Notes: generated by a model not told the origin, from the letters alone. 64,000 bases of DNA from Candidatus Poriferisocius sp. (GCF_965202595.1 NZ_OZ241836.1:932202-996201); one strand, 5' to 3'; positions 1 through 9,835 are shown, numbered from the stretch's first letter. Program-made: numbers and translations.

Positions 1-773
1 CTTGACCATCTTAAAATCAGTGCCAGCTCCACTCGGGCCGGCGCTAAGACGATCCTTAGCCAAATCCTCACCAGCTCTGCTCAATGTATTAGCACGAATC
101 TCCACCTTATTGGAAGGTGTGCCACTCAACCTCACCGTGAAATTCGCATTCATCGTACCACTATCCCCCTCGGTCACACTCACATCACTGGACGAAATCA
201 CAAGAGGTGCCGCAGTAGGAGTGGCAGTAGCGGTGGCAGTAGGAGTGGGGGCACCAACTCTAACAAGAACGCCACCGGCTTCGGCAATTGCACTGCCGTA
301 CAGAGCATTTAGCATAGTTGCGCTATCGGCTGCGGCGAAAGCTATACCCGGACTTGTCACGGCAATGTCCGTAAAAGTAGCAGTCCAACCCCCACTATCG
401 TTTACATTAACAGTTGTATGCAGGCCTAAAGTATAATTACCTGCACAATTAATTACACCTAGGTTATCAATATTGCCATCGGTTGGCCAAGTGCAAGCAA
501 TAACCGTGACTTTTGGCACAGTCCACCCCGAACTGCTACTGACAGTAAAATTATGCTTACCAGCAGTCGCAACGGTCGCCGGAGTGGCAACGACAGTCTC
601 AACCCGCTTGGTGATCTTGTAGCCTCCTGTCAGCTGCCCCTGCGCCTGGGGACCTGAGACAACGACTGCCCCCCCCATGCCATGAGCGCCAGCGCGACCA
701 GCACCAGCAACCGCGCCATCCAGTTGACCCGGGTAAGGTCAAAAACGTGTGAACCAACTGTTTTCGTACCCAT
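1..773 (-). pseudogene. Secreted Calx-beta-like surface protein, 5' part; the gene continues past the left edge. The signal peptide is out of frame with the mature region.
   Basis: Not in the ORF track because it runs off the edge. One reverse frame is open from 738 to 1 and encodes ...VISSSDVSVTEGDSGTMNANFTVRLSG... A plausible signal peptide, MARLLVLVALALMAWGG (ATG 719-717, alternative ATG 773-771), lies in another frame. The two frames join only if the C8 run at 669-676 were C9. Confidence 0.55.
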
Positions 774-815
774 TTTGAGTTCCCCCTAACTATGAGTACC
801 GGATAAATTATGTGC

Positions 816-861
816 ACAGTACCTCAACTGATACTCCTTGTCAAATTAAAATCCTTGTCAA
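816..861 (-). promoter_or_regulatory. Putative promoter with a duplicated TTGACAAGGA box
   Basis: The reverse strand reads TTGACAaggattttaatTTGACAagg. The proximal TTGACA (844-839) is followed by a 17-nt spacer and TACTGT (821-816, a TANNNT-type -10), about 45 nt upstream of the ATG at 773. Confidence 0.3.
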
Positions 862-1050
862 GGTTAAACGGCTCACTACCTGGGCTTTTACCGGACGCGA
901 CCGGGAACCAACCCCTATCAGGCAGAATCGACAGGAGGCCATGACAGGCCAGATCCGACACCGGCAGCCACATCCGGCTCGGCCACGGCGTTGACCTCCA
1001 CCAACTTCTTGAACACCTCAAAGGGCATCCCCGCCAGGTCCTAACTGAGC

Positions 1051-1311
1051 TCAGACGCGGATTACTCGCAGTTCATCAGTAGTCTCGCCGGCCAGCGCTG
1101 CCAGGTCATCTGCCAGTGCGGCATCGGCTTGATGCATCAGCACATCACGAACGAACCTATCCCGCGCCATCCACTGAGGCCTTTCCGCTACAGGCGTAAG
1201 TTCGGCCACCGGCCGCCCGTTCACAGTGATGGTTATGCGCTCTCCATCAGCTACGCGGTCAAGCAGAGCTCGAGTCTGGTTGCGCAACTCTCGGGATGCC
1301 GCCTCAAACAT
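1051..1311 (-). CDS. Phd/YefM-family type II antitoxin
   Basis: 86 aa. The sequence ...ELRNQTRALLDRVADGERITITVNGRPVAELTP... is typical of the Phd/YefM N-terminal fold. No intact toxin ORF lies downstream. Confidence 0.7.
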   Translation of the reverse strand: MFEAASRELRNQTRALLDRVADGERITITVNGRPVAELTPVAERPQWMARDRFVRDVLMHQADAALADDLAALAGETTDELRVIRV

Positions 1312-1382
1312 ATGCGAAGTGTAGCATAAATGCTACACACCTGGACAATTGCCCGAAGTGGCCACCCCTGATCCCTGGGCTA

Positions 1383-4301
1383 CTAGGGCACCACCCTGAC
1401 GATTTGGATGTTCTGGTTGGGGTCGTAAAGCCGCATCGCCAGCTCCTGTATATCGGCCAGGTCCAGATCGGAGAGTTCTTGGTCGAGGCGATCGGGCGTG
1501 GGTAGCTCATCGTCATCGGTATGAACCCGCCGCAGCATGACGTTTATAAAGTCATAGTTGCTGATCAGGCTGTAGTCGTCGGCCACCACCGATCGGGCCT
1601 GCTCGAGCTCGGCCTGGGTGATACCACCGGAGATGATGTCATCCAGGATGCGGGTCATCTCCGCCTCTATATCGGCCATTCGATCTGGGTTGCCTGTGAC
1701 CAGGACCAGCGACTCCACCACCGGTTCGGGCATCAACCGCAGGGTCACTTCCGCAAAGGTCGTGTAGCTGCTGCCCAGATCCTCCCTAACGTCCTCGGTA
1801 AGCCGGTCGTTCAGGAGCACCTCGAGCACATCGCCGGCAACTTCGACCGCGGGAGTGATCGCAGTCAGGGGGGCTTCGTAGTAGTAGGTAGCCGAAGTGG
1901 CCGTGTTGTCGGGCCCGAGTTGTATCTCGTGGCGTATCACCCCTTCGGGCTCGGAGGGTCGGCGGTTCACGAAGCTATCGGCCTCACCGGCGGGCAGGGT
2001 GCCTACATAGGTGCGGGCCAGTTGCTCCACGGTGGCTTGATCCACATCCCCCTCTACCACAACAACGAGGTCATCCACACCGACCAACCTCTGGCGGTAA
2101 ACATCCAGCAGGGTGTCGGGAGTTAGCGAGTCGAGCGTGGCGTGGGAAGCGAGCGGATCGAACCAGCCCCATTGCCGACCGTATCGGGCCTCCAAGTAGG
2201 CCAAGCCGGCTTGCCAGTCGGGGTTGGAATCCGCCAGGGCAAGGTAATTCCTGCCGGTGCTGATCGCCTCGGCGAACGCCTGCTGCTCCACCCGGGGCTG
2301 GGTCATGTAGAGGTGCATGAGCTGGAACATGGTCTCGATATCACCAGCATCCGATGTTCCTTCTACTCCCTCGGTGGTTTCATAGATGTAGGGGGTAACC
2401 TCAACGGTGCGCCCTTCCAGGTATCTGGACAGTTGCGCGGGGCTGAAATCGCCCACACCGCTGCTGCTAACCGCGCGAGTCGCCAGGGCCTGCGCCAACG
2501 GCCGGTCTCCCGGCTCCATGGCCGACCATCCCCCCAAGGCCTCCGCTAGCAGAACGACGGTGTTATCGCTTATGTCCGAGGGCGCGAACACAACCCGGGC
2601 CCCGTTGGCGAACGACCATTCGTAAGCTTCCGGCCACACATCCAGAGGGCCGGCTGAGACGGCTTCGGCAGGGTCGGGGGCAACCAGCAGTTCGGCTATA
2701 ACCTGAATCGAAGCGGGAAGCTCTCCCGGTTCTGCCCTACCCAGAGCCGCTTCCATCTCTTCTGCGGTGGGCACCTCGGCAGGATCTGCCCCCACCGCTA
2801 TCAATATCGGGCCGCTGCTGTCGAGTATCTGCCGGTAGCGATCATTGAGTTCGCCAACCTCGATATCTTCAAGAATGTTGACGACCCGCCGCATGGTATC
2901 GGTCAAGGTTCCAATGTCGTTGCCTTCAAGGAAATGGGAGGAGTACAAGTCGGCATACTGAGAATCTTGGATGGTGGTTTCGGCCTGAAGCGCTGAGGCG
3001 AGGGCAGCTCCAATCGACTCCGCGGCCCGGGCCAGATCCTCATCGGTGAACCCGTGCTCCTTCAGGCTGAGCAGCAGCGACCAGTAGTCGGTGAGGGCGG
3101 TGGAATGGTCATCGGCCCGGAGGTTGGTACCGTAGTACCGCAATCCTCGGGTGTGCTCGAAGGTCATCCAATGCGGTGGATCTATCTGGGACAAGCCCCC
3201 CTGCTCGTAGGCGGCCTGCAAGTGGTTTTCGACCATCACTGCGATGATCTCCTCGATCCACAGTTCACGGTCGCCTTCAACGGTTCGAGAGTCCCAGGAG
3301 GGCAGGCGGATATCCAGCGACAGGTAGGAGTACCCCTGCTCGGGTGATGTGGCCACATCGAAAATCGGGTCCTGGTTCGGTGCCGACCGGTACTCGGAGG
3401 CAGAAGGAGGACCATCACCGGCTGGGATCGCGTGAAAATACGCCTGTACCAGTTCCTCCAACTCGTCCAAGGCGAGATCGCCCACTGCGATCACGGCCAT
3501 GTTGGACGGCACGTACCACGTCTCGTAGAAATCCCTCAGCTGCTCAGCGGTTACCGACTCGATGCCGGCCGCCGTACCTATCGGATCCCGACCGGCGTAG
3601 GGCGTGTCCTTGGTGTACAGGTCGTCGAACTTCGACGATATGACGCTGGAACCGGTCTCGACGCTGAGCCGGTATTCGTCGCGGACTATGCCCCGCTCCT
3701 TTTCCACATCTCGGGGGTCGAGGGTGGCCGCGTGGGCCCACTGGGACAGCACCTCAAAAGCAGTGGCCACCGATTGCTCTTGCTGGTCGATAATCAGATC
3801 CAACTCGTAGACGGTATCGTCGTAGGTGGTGTAGGCGTTGATGTCGGGTCCGAACTCTATTCCGATGCTGTGAAGCGTTTCGGTAAGTTCGTTGCCCGGA
3901 AATTTCTCGGTACCGTTGAACAGCATGTGCTCGAGGTAGTGGGCAATCCCGCTACCCGGGACCTCTTCGTTCCGCGACCCGGCGTTCACCGCCAGCCGCA
4001 GCGACAAGCTCCCGCCGGGGCTGTCGTTCGACCGCAGGTAGTAGGTGAGCCCGTTGTCCAGGGTACCGATCCTCACCTCGGGATCCACCGGCAGCGGGCG
4101 CTCGGCAATCTCGGACCCGGTTTCCCCGCTGCTCTCCCGGCCTCCAACCGCTTCTGCCTCCGGAGAGCCGGTGACCGGTGTTTCCGAAGAGCCGTTGACC
4201 GGCACGGGTGAAGAGCCGGTGACCGGCACGTTGGAGCTGTTGTCGGAGCAGGCGGACAACGCCAGAACCACGCTCAAGAACAGAATCAGTAGTTTCTTCA
4301 C
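1383..4301 (-). CDS. M16 (pitrilysin/insulinase) family zinc peptidase, double-length, lipoprotein
   Basis: HxxEH zinc motif (HYLEHMLFNGTEKFPG). I prefer the GTG start at 4301, which gives VKKLLILFLSVVLALSAC (lipobox). The track ORF extends to 4547, but that extension overlaps the neighbouring ABC gene. Confidence 0.85.
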   Translation of the reverse strand: MKKLLILFLSVVLALSACSDNSSNVPVTGSSPVPVNGSSETPVTGSPEAEAVGGRESSGETGSEIAERPLPVDPEVRIGTLDNGLTYYLRSNDSPGGSLSLRLAVNAGSRNEEVPGSGIAHYLEHMLFNGTEKFPGNELTETLHSIGIEFGPDINAYTTYDDTVYELDLIIDQQEQSVATAFEVLSQWAHAATLDPRDVEKERGIVRDEYRLSVETGSSVISSKFDDLYTKDTPYAGRDPIGTAAGIESVTAEQLRDFYETWYVPSNMAVIAVGDLALDELEELVQAYFHAIPAGDGPPSASEYRSAPNQDPIFDVATSPEQGYSYLSLDIRLPSWDSRTVEGDRELWIEEIIAVMVENHLQAAYEQGGLSQIDPPHWMTFEHTRGLRYYGTNLRADDHSTALTDYWSLLLSLKEHGFTDEDLARAAESIGAALASALQAETTIQDSQYADLYSSHFLEGNDIGTLTDTMRRVVNILEDIEVGELNDRYRQILDSSGPILIAVGADPAEVPTAEEMEAALGRAEPGELPASIQVIAELLVAPDPAEAVSAGPLDVWPEAYEWSFANGARVVFAPSDISDNTVVLLAEALGGWSAMEPGDRPLAQALATRAVSSSGVGDFSPAQLSRYLEGRTVEVTPYIYETTEGVEGTSDAGDIETMFQLMHLYMTQPRVEQQAFAEAISTGRNYLALADSNPDWQAGLAYLEARYGRQWGWFDPLASHATLDSLTPDTLLDVYRQRLVGVDDLVVVVEGDVDQATVEQLARTYVGTLPAGEADSFVNRRPSEPEGVIRHEIQLGPDNTATSATYYYEAPLTAITPAVEVAGDVLEVLLNDRLTEDVREDLGSSYTTFAEVTLRLMPEPVVESLVLVTGNPDRMADIEAEMTRILDDIISGGITQAELEQARSVVADDYSLISNYDFINVMLRRVHTDDDELPTPDRLDQELSDLDLADIQELAMRLYDPNQNIQIVRVVP

Positions 4302-4441
4302 TGGCACCCCTGGAGGGATCGGGCTCGTCACGGTTCGGCGAACATCAACGAACATCAATAGGTGCCGATGGTACCGACTCACTGCGACAAGATCGTGGCA
4401 CTCCCGATTTACCGGCGCGGTTTGCCTGCGGAGGTTGACCG

Positions 4442-5986
4442 TCAGCGTTGGCTGTAACAGGCCTCCACGATGGCCGGCTCGGTTACCGCATCCCCCTCCA
4501 GCTCGCCGACAATCCGCCCCTCGCCCAGCACCAGCACCCGGTGGCACACCCCGACCAACTCGGAGAACTCCGAGGATATGAACACCACAGCCTTTCCCTC
4601 GGCGGCCAGCTCCTCCATGATGTCGTAGATCTCCTCCTTGCCGTCCACATCCACCCCGATGGTCGGCTCATCGAAGATCAACACGTCGGCCCCTTGCTCC
4701 AGCCACTTGGCGATCACCACCTTCTGCTGGTTGCCGCCCGAAAGCAGGCGCACGAGCTGGCGGTCGCTGGGGGTGGCGATGCTGAGCCGCCCGATACGGC
4801 TGCCGGCGGCCTGCTTCTCCGAGCGGGAGGAGGGAACCGGTGCTTGACGGCGAATCCGGTGACGATCCAGGGAGGCCAGCGTGATGTTGTTGCGCACGCT
4901 GAAATCCATGATGTTGCCCTGGGTCTTGCGATCCTCCGGCAAGAGCGCCAGACCGGATGACATGGACTTGGATGGATTGTTACCGGCAACCTCGGTGCCG
5001 TGAACCCGCACCGTTCCCCCCTGGCGATGGTCGGCGCCGAACACCGCCCGAACCAACTCGGTGCGCCCGCTGCCCACCAGCCCACCCAAACCGAGGATCT
5101 CCCCCTTGCGCACATCAAAGGAGCAATCATGCACGCCGGTGTCCGCGCTCAGCCGGTGAACCTCCAGCACCACCTCGGTATCGGGCCGCCCCCCCACCTT
5201 CCGGTTCGCTCGCCGCTCTGTTGCGGTTCGGGCGTGCTCGTGGCCGGTGATATGGGCGATGAGAGAGCCCCGATCCAGCGACTCGGTGGGCTCGTCGGCC
5301 ACCAAACGCCCGTTGCGCATCACGATTACCCGCTCGGTCAACTCGAATATCTCCTCCAACCGGTGCGACACGTACACCACGGTTATGCCCTCGTCTCGCA
5401 GCCGCCGCACCACCGTGAACAAGTGCTCTATCTCCTCATCGGTCAGCGACGCGCTGGGTTCGTCCAGTACCAGCAAGCGGGCCTGCTGGGCCAACCCCCG
5501 GGCGATCATCACCAGCCTTTGCTGGGCCACGCTCAGCTCGCCCACCGCCCGGCGGGGATCGATATCCACCTCCAACCGGGCTATGGGCTCCGCAGCCCGG
5601 CTATACAACTCCGCCCAGTCCACCAGCAGGCCGAACTTGCGGGGGTAACCCAGACCCAGCATCACGTTCTCGGCCACCGACAGATCGCCCACGTCTTGAA
5701 GGTCTTGATGGACGAAGGCCAGGCCCGCAACCGTGGCATCGTGCGGGTGGTGCAGATCCAGTGGCGTGCCGTTCAACCGCAGGTGGCCCTCGTTGGCCCG
5801 CTCGGCCCCGGCCATGATCTTGATGAGCGTGCTCTTACCCGCCCCGTTCTTGCCCACCAGACCGATGATCTGGCCGGCCCCCAGCGAGACCGACACATCG
5901 TCCACCGCCAGCACACCGGGGTAGCGTTTGGTGACTCCGCAGATCTCCAGCAGGGGCACGTTGTTCGCCAAAACAGCGGCGGTCAT
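4442..5986 (-). CDS. Sugar ABC transporter ATP-binding protein (duplicated ABC domains, RbsA/MglA-like)
   Basis: Two Walker A motifs (GKNGAGKST, GLVGSGRTE). The start MTAAVLANNVPLLEICGVTKRY is at 5986. The track extension to 6100 reads through the 59-bp repeats in another register. Confidence 0.85.
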   Translation of the reverse strand: MTAAVLANNVPLLEICGVTKRYPGVLAVDDVSVSLGAGQIIGLVGKNGAGKSTLIKIMAGAERANEGHLRLNGTPLDLHHPHDATVAGLAFVHQDLQDVGDLSVAENVMLGLGYPRKFGLLVDWAELYSRAAEPIARLEVDIDPRRAVGELSVAQQRLVMIARGLAQQARLLVLDEPSASLTDEEIEHLFTVVRRLRDEGITVVYVSHRLEEIFELTERVIVMRNGRLVADEPTESLDRGSLIAHITGHEHARTATERRANRKVGGRPDTEVVLEVHRLSADTGVHDCSFDVRKGEILGLGGLVGSGRTELVRAVFGADHRQGGTVRVHGTEVAGNNPSKSMSSGLALLPEDRKTQGNIMDFSVRNNITLASLDRHRIRRQAPVPSSRSEKQAAGSRIGRLSIATPSDRQLVRLLSGGNQQKVVIAKWLEQGADVLIFDEPTIGVDVDGKEEIYDIMEELAAEGKAVVFISSEFSELVGVCHRVLVLGEGRIVGELEGDAVTEPAIVEACYSQR

Positions 5987-6106
5987 CTGGTGACTCCGCA
6001 GATCTCCAGCAGGGGCACGTTGTTCGCCAAAACAGCGGCGGTCATCTGGTGACTCCGCAGATCTCCAGCAGGGGCACGTTGTTCGCCGATGCGGTAGCAA
6101 TCATCT
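5930..6106. repeat. 59-bp tandem repeat (about 3 copies) spanning the permease stop / ATPase start junction; MIRU-like
   Basis: The string ggtgactccgcagatctccagcaggggcacgttgttcgcc recurs starting at 5930, 5989 and 6048. Copies 1-2 are identical and copy 3 diverges at its end. Confidence 0.9.
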
Positions 6107-7132
6107 CCGCTTCGCTCCCAGCGCGGTGAGCAGCATGGCCAGCACCAGGATCGACCCTCGGGAGATGTCCAGGATGTCGCGGTCGTAACCCAGGATGGTC
6201 AGCCCCGACTGCACGGCCTGCAAGAAGATAACCCCGAGCACGGTGCCCGGAATGTTGAAAAGGCCCTTCCGGGATGCCGCCGCCCCCAAGAAGGCGGCCG
6301 CGTAGGCCGATAGCAGCAACGAGATACCCACCCGGGGAATGGAGGAAGCGGTGCGGGCGGTTTGGGAAACTGCGGCCACAACCGCCACGAACCCCACCAC
6401 CATGAAGCCCAATGCCCGCAACGCCTTGACGTTGATACCCGACAGGCGGGCTGCCTCCGGGTTACCCCCGATGGCATACATGTACCGCCCCAGCTCGGTT
6501 CTCGACATCATCAGCCACAAGATGATGGCCAAACCGGCGGCGATCCACACCGGTGAGGTGAACTCCGTCCACGGTTCGGGCTTACCAATACCCAGGTCCC
6601 GATAAAGATCGGGCATGTCAGCCGCACCGGTGATGTTGCGCCCGTCGCTGATCGTGTACTCGATCCCCAGCAGTATCAAGAAGGTGGCCAGGGTGGTGAT
6701 GAACGAGGGCATCTGCATGTAAGACACCAAAAGACCGTTGATCGCCCCGATGCCGAGCCCGAACGCCATCCCGACCAGCACCGCCAGTCCCCAGGGCCAG
6801 TCGTGGTTCACGATCAGCACCACAATGGCGGCTGCTGTGGCCGAGAGCGTGCCGGCTATGGACAGGTCGAAATCGCCCATGGCCAGCACCACGGTCAAAC
6901 CCAGCGAGAGCATGAGCAGTGGAGCGGCCAGGCCGAGCTGGGTGCGCAAGTTGTCCATCTCGAAGAAGCGGCTGTCCAGTACCGAGAAGATCACGATGCA
7001 CGCCACCAGGGTGATCAGCACCCCGTAGGTGGATATGAACATGAGCGGGTCGAAGCGTCTGCGTAAGGCTCCCGAACCGGCAATGTTTGAATCCCGCTGC
7101 GTCGGGACAGTGTTGGTGTCGGCCATTGGCAT
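6101..7132 (-). CDS. Sugar ABC transporter permease (RbsC-like)
   Basis: 343 aa, polytopic and hydrophobic. It sits between the substrate-binding-protein and ATPase genes on the same strand. Confidence 0.8.
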   Translation of the reverse strand: MPMADTNTVPTQRDSNIAGSGALRRRFDPLMFISTYGVLITLVACIVIFSVLDSRFFEMDNLRTQLGLAAPLLMLSLGLTVVLAMGDFDLSIAGTLSATAAAIVVLIVNHDWPWGLAVLVGMAFGLGIGAINGLLVSYMQMPSFITTLATFLILLGIEYTISDGRNITGAADMPDLYRDLGIGKPEPWTEFTSPVWIAAGLAIILWLMMSRTELGRYMYAIGGNPEAARLSGINVKALRALGFMVVGFVAVVAAVSQTARTASSIPRVGISLLLSAYAAAFLGAAASRKGLFNIPGTVLGVIFLQAVQSGLTILGYDRDILDISRGSILVLAMLLTALGAKRR

Positions 7133-7164
7133 CCTCCCCCGTGTTGAAATTAGCCGCTGAACGC

Positions 7165-7204
7165 GATCGGGCCGGCGACAGGGGTTGCTGCCACCGGCCC
7201 GATC
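7165..7204 (-). other. Intercistronic stem-loop between the binding-protein and permease genes
   Basis: Perfect 11-bp inverted repeat, gatcgggccgg (7165-7175) / ccggcccgatc (7194-7204), with an 18-nt loop. There is no U-tract, so it is more likely an mRNA-stability or attenuation element than a terminator. Confidence 0.4.
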
Positions 7205-7242
7205 AATGAATCAGTTGTGCCCCTGTTTGCGGGGTTGATGCC

Positions 7243-8490
7243 TCAGCAGTTGGGCAGCCCGTCGTACTCCTCGCACCACTTGTTGCGGAAGTACTCCTCG
7301 TAGTCACCGGGCGGATCCGGGGCGGGCACCTCGGTGCTCTCGGGATCCATGGCGTTCACCGTTTCGATGGTGACAACCTGGCGCACCGAGAAGTTGCGCC
7401 CGTCATAGGTGGGGGCTCGCTCCTGGCTGGGCATCGTGCCGTTCTCCAGCCATGCCGCCACGGCATCCACCTGGGCCCAACTCTGCCATTCCAGCTTCTC
7501 GTCCACTGCGGCATCCACCCGTCCGGTGCGGATGTCGCCGACTGTGCCGGGGTTGGCGTAGAAGGTCAGGATCTGGGGGCGTTCCGGGTCGTCGGCCTCG
7601 TAGAGGGCACCGATGGCCTGGGCCGCGCCGATCGAGGCCACCGAGAAGTTGATCCATATTGCGTCGATGTCATCGAACTGCTGGATCTTTGTGGTTACAT
7701 CGGCTTCGGTACCGGCCACCAGGTCGGCCATATCAGCCTCCCACTGGTCGACAATCTCGATGTTGGTTCCGGCGATAACCGAGTTGAGGCCGTTGATACG
7801 CTTGTCGCTCCACGCGGTGGGAACCGTCTGCACGATGATGCGGGCCCCATCGGGGAACTGGTCCACCAGGTATTCGGCCAACTGCACGCCGAGATCGGTG
7901 TCGTCGGAAGCAAAGCTGGCAACGTAGTGGTCGCGTGGCTCCACCTCGCCGCCCGCCGATAGCACGGGTACATCCTCTTCAGCGGCCCGCTCGAGCACAT
8001 CGGTGATGAATGCCTCGGGGATGCCGTCGGTGAGCATCACATCGATGCCCTTGTCCAGGAGCAGGTTGCCGCACACCGGCATCTGGGCCGGATCCCCCGC
8101 CGCGTCGCAGGTCTCGTAGTTCCAGCCGAAGAAGTCCACGGCCTCCTTGGCCGCATCCTCGATCCGCTTGCCGGCCTCGTCGGCATAGATCCACTGGAGG
8201 TAGCCGATGGTGATGTCCGAACCGGTATTGACGACACTGGTTGCGGTGCCGTCACTGTCGTCGTGGTCGGCATCGCTACCGTCGTCGTGGTCAGCGTCGG
8301 AGTGGTCTTCACCGTCGCCGGCATCGGTGTCGTCACTGTCGGTGCCGGAACCGTCACCAGCATCGTCGCCGTCACTGCTTTGGTCGATGGTGGGTGTAGT
8401 ACCGGCATCGCTGTCGTCGTTGCCGCAGGCTCCCGCGACCAGCGTCAACGCCAGCAATGCCATGAGCAGCTTCCACAATGAACGTTTCAT
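7243..8490 (-). CDS. Sugar ABC transporter substrate-binding lipoprotein
   Basis: MKRSLWKLLMALLALTLVAGAC lipobox, followed by an Asp-rich linker and a periplasmic-binding-protein-like body. AGGAGG lies 10 nt upstream of the ATG at 8490. Confidence 0.75.
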   Translation of the reverse strand: MKRSLWKLLMALLALTLVAGACGNDDSDAGTTPTIDQSSDGDDAGDGSGTDSDDTDAGDGEDHSDADHDDGSDADHDDSDGTATSVVNTGSDITIGYLQWIYADEAGKRIEDAAKEAVDFFGWNYETCDAAGDPAQMPVCGNLLLDKGIDVMLTDGIPEAFITDVLERAAEEDVPVLSAGGEVEPRDHYVASFASDDTDLGVQLAEYLVDQFPDGARIIVQTVPTAWSDKRINGLNSVIAGTNIEIVDQWEADMADLVAGTEADVTTKIQQFDDIDAIWINFSVASIGAAQAIGALYEADDPERPQILTFYANPGTVGDIRTGRVDAAVDEKLEWQSWAQVDAVAAWLENGTMPSQERAPTYDGRNFSVRQVVTIETVNAMDPESTEVPAPDPPGDYEEYFRNKWCEEYDGLPNC

Positions 8491-8608
8491 CGAAATCAAT
8501 CCCTCCTAGATTCGCCGGCAACCCGATTGTCTGGCCGGTTCGATCCAACGATGTTAGGCAACCGCCCCCGCGCCGTACCAATCCCGCTGGATTCCCCGCT
8601 CGTTGCGT

Positions 8609-9835
8609 TCAGGACCCATCCGCGAGTTGAACCGGGTCGAACTCCACCTGAAGCTCGGCAGGGGCCCTGAGGAACACCCCGACTTCCCTCGCCTCGAAGC
8701 CGTTGGCTAGGCGAAGGTTCTGAGTGCAGTCCAAAACCATGTTGAGCGCTGTCTCTATCTCGGCCTTGGCCAGGTAGGAGCCCACACAGTGGTGCCGACC
8801 GAAGCAGAATGTGGTGTGTTCTGCGTTGGCGGCAAATGCGCTGGAAGCCGGAAGGTCCTGGCGGTTGATGTCGAACAGCTCGGGATCGGTGTGGGTGTAC
8901 TTGCGCTCGTCCCGGTTGGCCGCGCCGATGATGCCCGTCACCGTGGCCCCGGCGGGAATGGTGCCGGTGCCCGAGGGCAAATCGGCCTTCTCGTGGGGCA
9001 AACGCTGGATCCAATGCGCCGGTGGGCTGTAACGCAAGGTTTCCGCCACCGCCATGGTCACCAGGGAGCGGTCGTTACGCACCTGTTCCAACTGGTCGGG
9101 ATGTTCCAGCAGGTTCTTGAAAAGGCTGGCTATGGCCTTGTCGGTGGTCTCTCCCCCTGCCGTCAGCAGCAAGCTGGTGAACGATTTGATCTCCAAATCG
9201 GACAGGCCCTGGTCATCGATCCGGGCGTTGACCAGGTTCGACAGCAGGTCTGTGCCGGGATTGCGGCGGCGCTCGGCGATCACCGGCATCAGGTACTCCT
9301 GAAACTCCTCCCGGGTTTGCTCCCCTTCGGCGATAATCTCGGGATCCTGGTTGATGTTGGACACGAACCGGTTGATCGACTCGTACCAGTGCTGGAACTT
9401 GGGATGATCCTCATCGGGCAGTCCGAGCATGGACACGATTACCTTGATGGGCAGGTATCGCGATAGCCCCTCCACCAGATCGCAGCGGCCATCGGTGTGC
9501 CACTGATCGATCATGGATCGGGCCTGGGCCTCGATCATGGGCAGGAAGTCCTTCTCCAGAAGCGCCCCCCGGAAGAAAGGTGCCACCAGGTTCCGGTAGC
9601 GGGAGTGCTCGGCCCCGTGCTTGGACAGAAGCGTTGGGCCGTGGGCCGGCTCGATCATCCATTCGTACATGTCGGTGCTGAACGCCGGGTTCTTGAACAC
9701 GTGCTCCACATCGGCATAACGGCTCACGAACCAGGTGTCGGAGGCCTCATCGTGGAAGCACGGGTAATCGTTCCGGTACACCCGGTAAACCTCGTAGCGG
9801 TCCTCGTCGGAACTGAGCAGATCAGGCGGTGCCAT
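8609..9835 (-). CDS. Cytochrome P450
   Basis: Heme-thiolate motif FGRHHCVGSYLA and I-helix AGGETT. Confidence 0.9.
   Translation of the reverse strand: MAPPDLLSSDEDRYEVYRVYRNDYPCFHDEASDTWFVSRYADVEHVFKNPAFSTDMYEWMIEPAHGPTLLSKHGAEHSRYRNLVAPFFRGALLEKDFLPMIEAQARSMIDQWHTDGRCDLVEGLSRYLPIKVIVSMLGLPDEDHPKFQHWYESINRFVSNINQDPEIIAEGEQTREEFQEYLMPVIAERRRNPGTDLLSNLVNARIDDQGLSDLEIKSFTSLLLTAGGETTDKAIASLFKNLLEHPDQLEQVRNDRSLVTMAVAETLRYSPPAHWIQRLPHEKADLPSGTGTIPAGATVTGIIGAANRDERKYTHTDPELFDINRQDLPASSAFAANAEHTTFCFGRHHCVGSYLAKAEIETALNMVLDCTQNLRLANGFEAREVGVFLRAPAELQVEFDPVQLADGS

Noticed and set aside
4302-4547. N-terminal extension of the M16 peptidase ORF; similar extensions occur at 5987-6100, 10631-10705, 11927-11971, 22844-22903, 49023-49052 and 54567-54653
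   Set aside because: The extensions overlap neighbouring genes or repeats and are Arg/Gly-rich. Internal starts give canonical N-termini (lipobox, Walker-proximal or family-typical), sometimes with a Shine-Dalgarno sequence.
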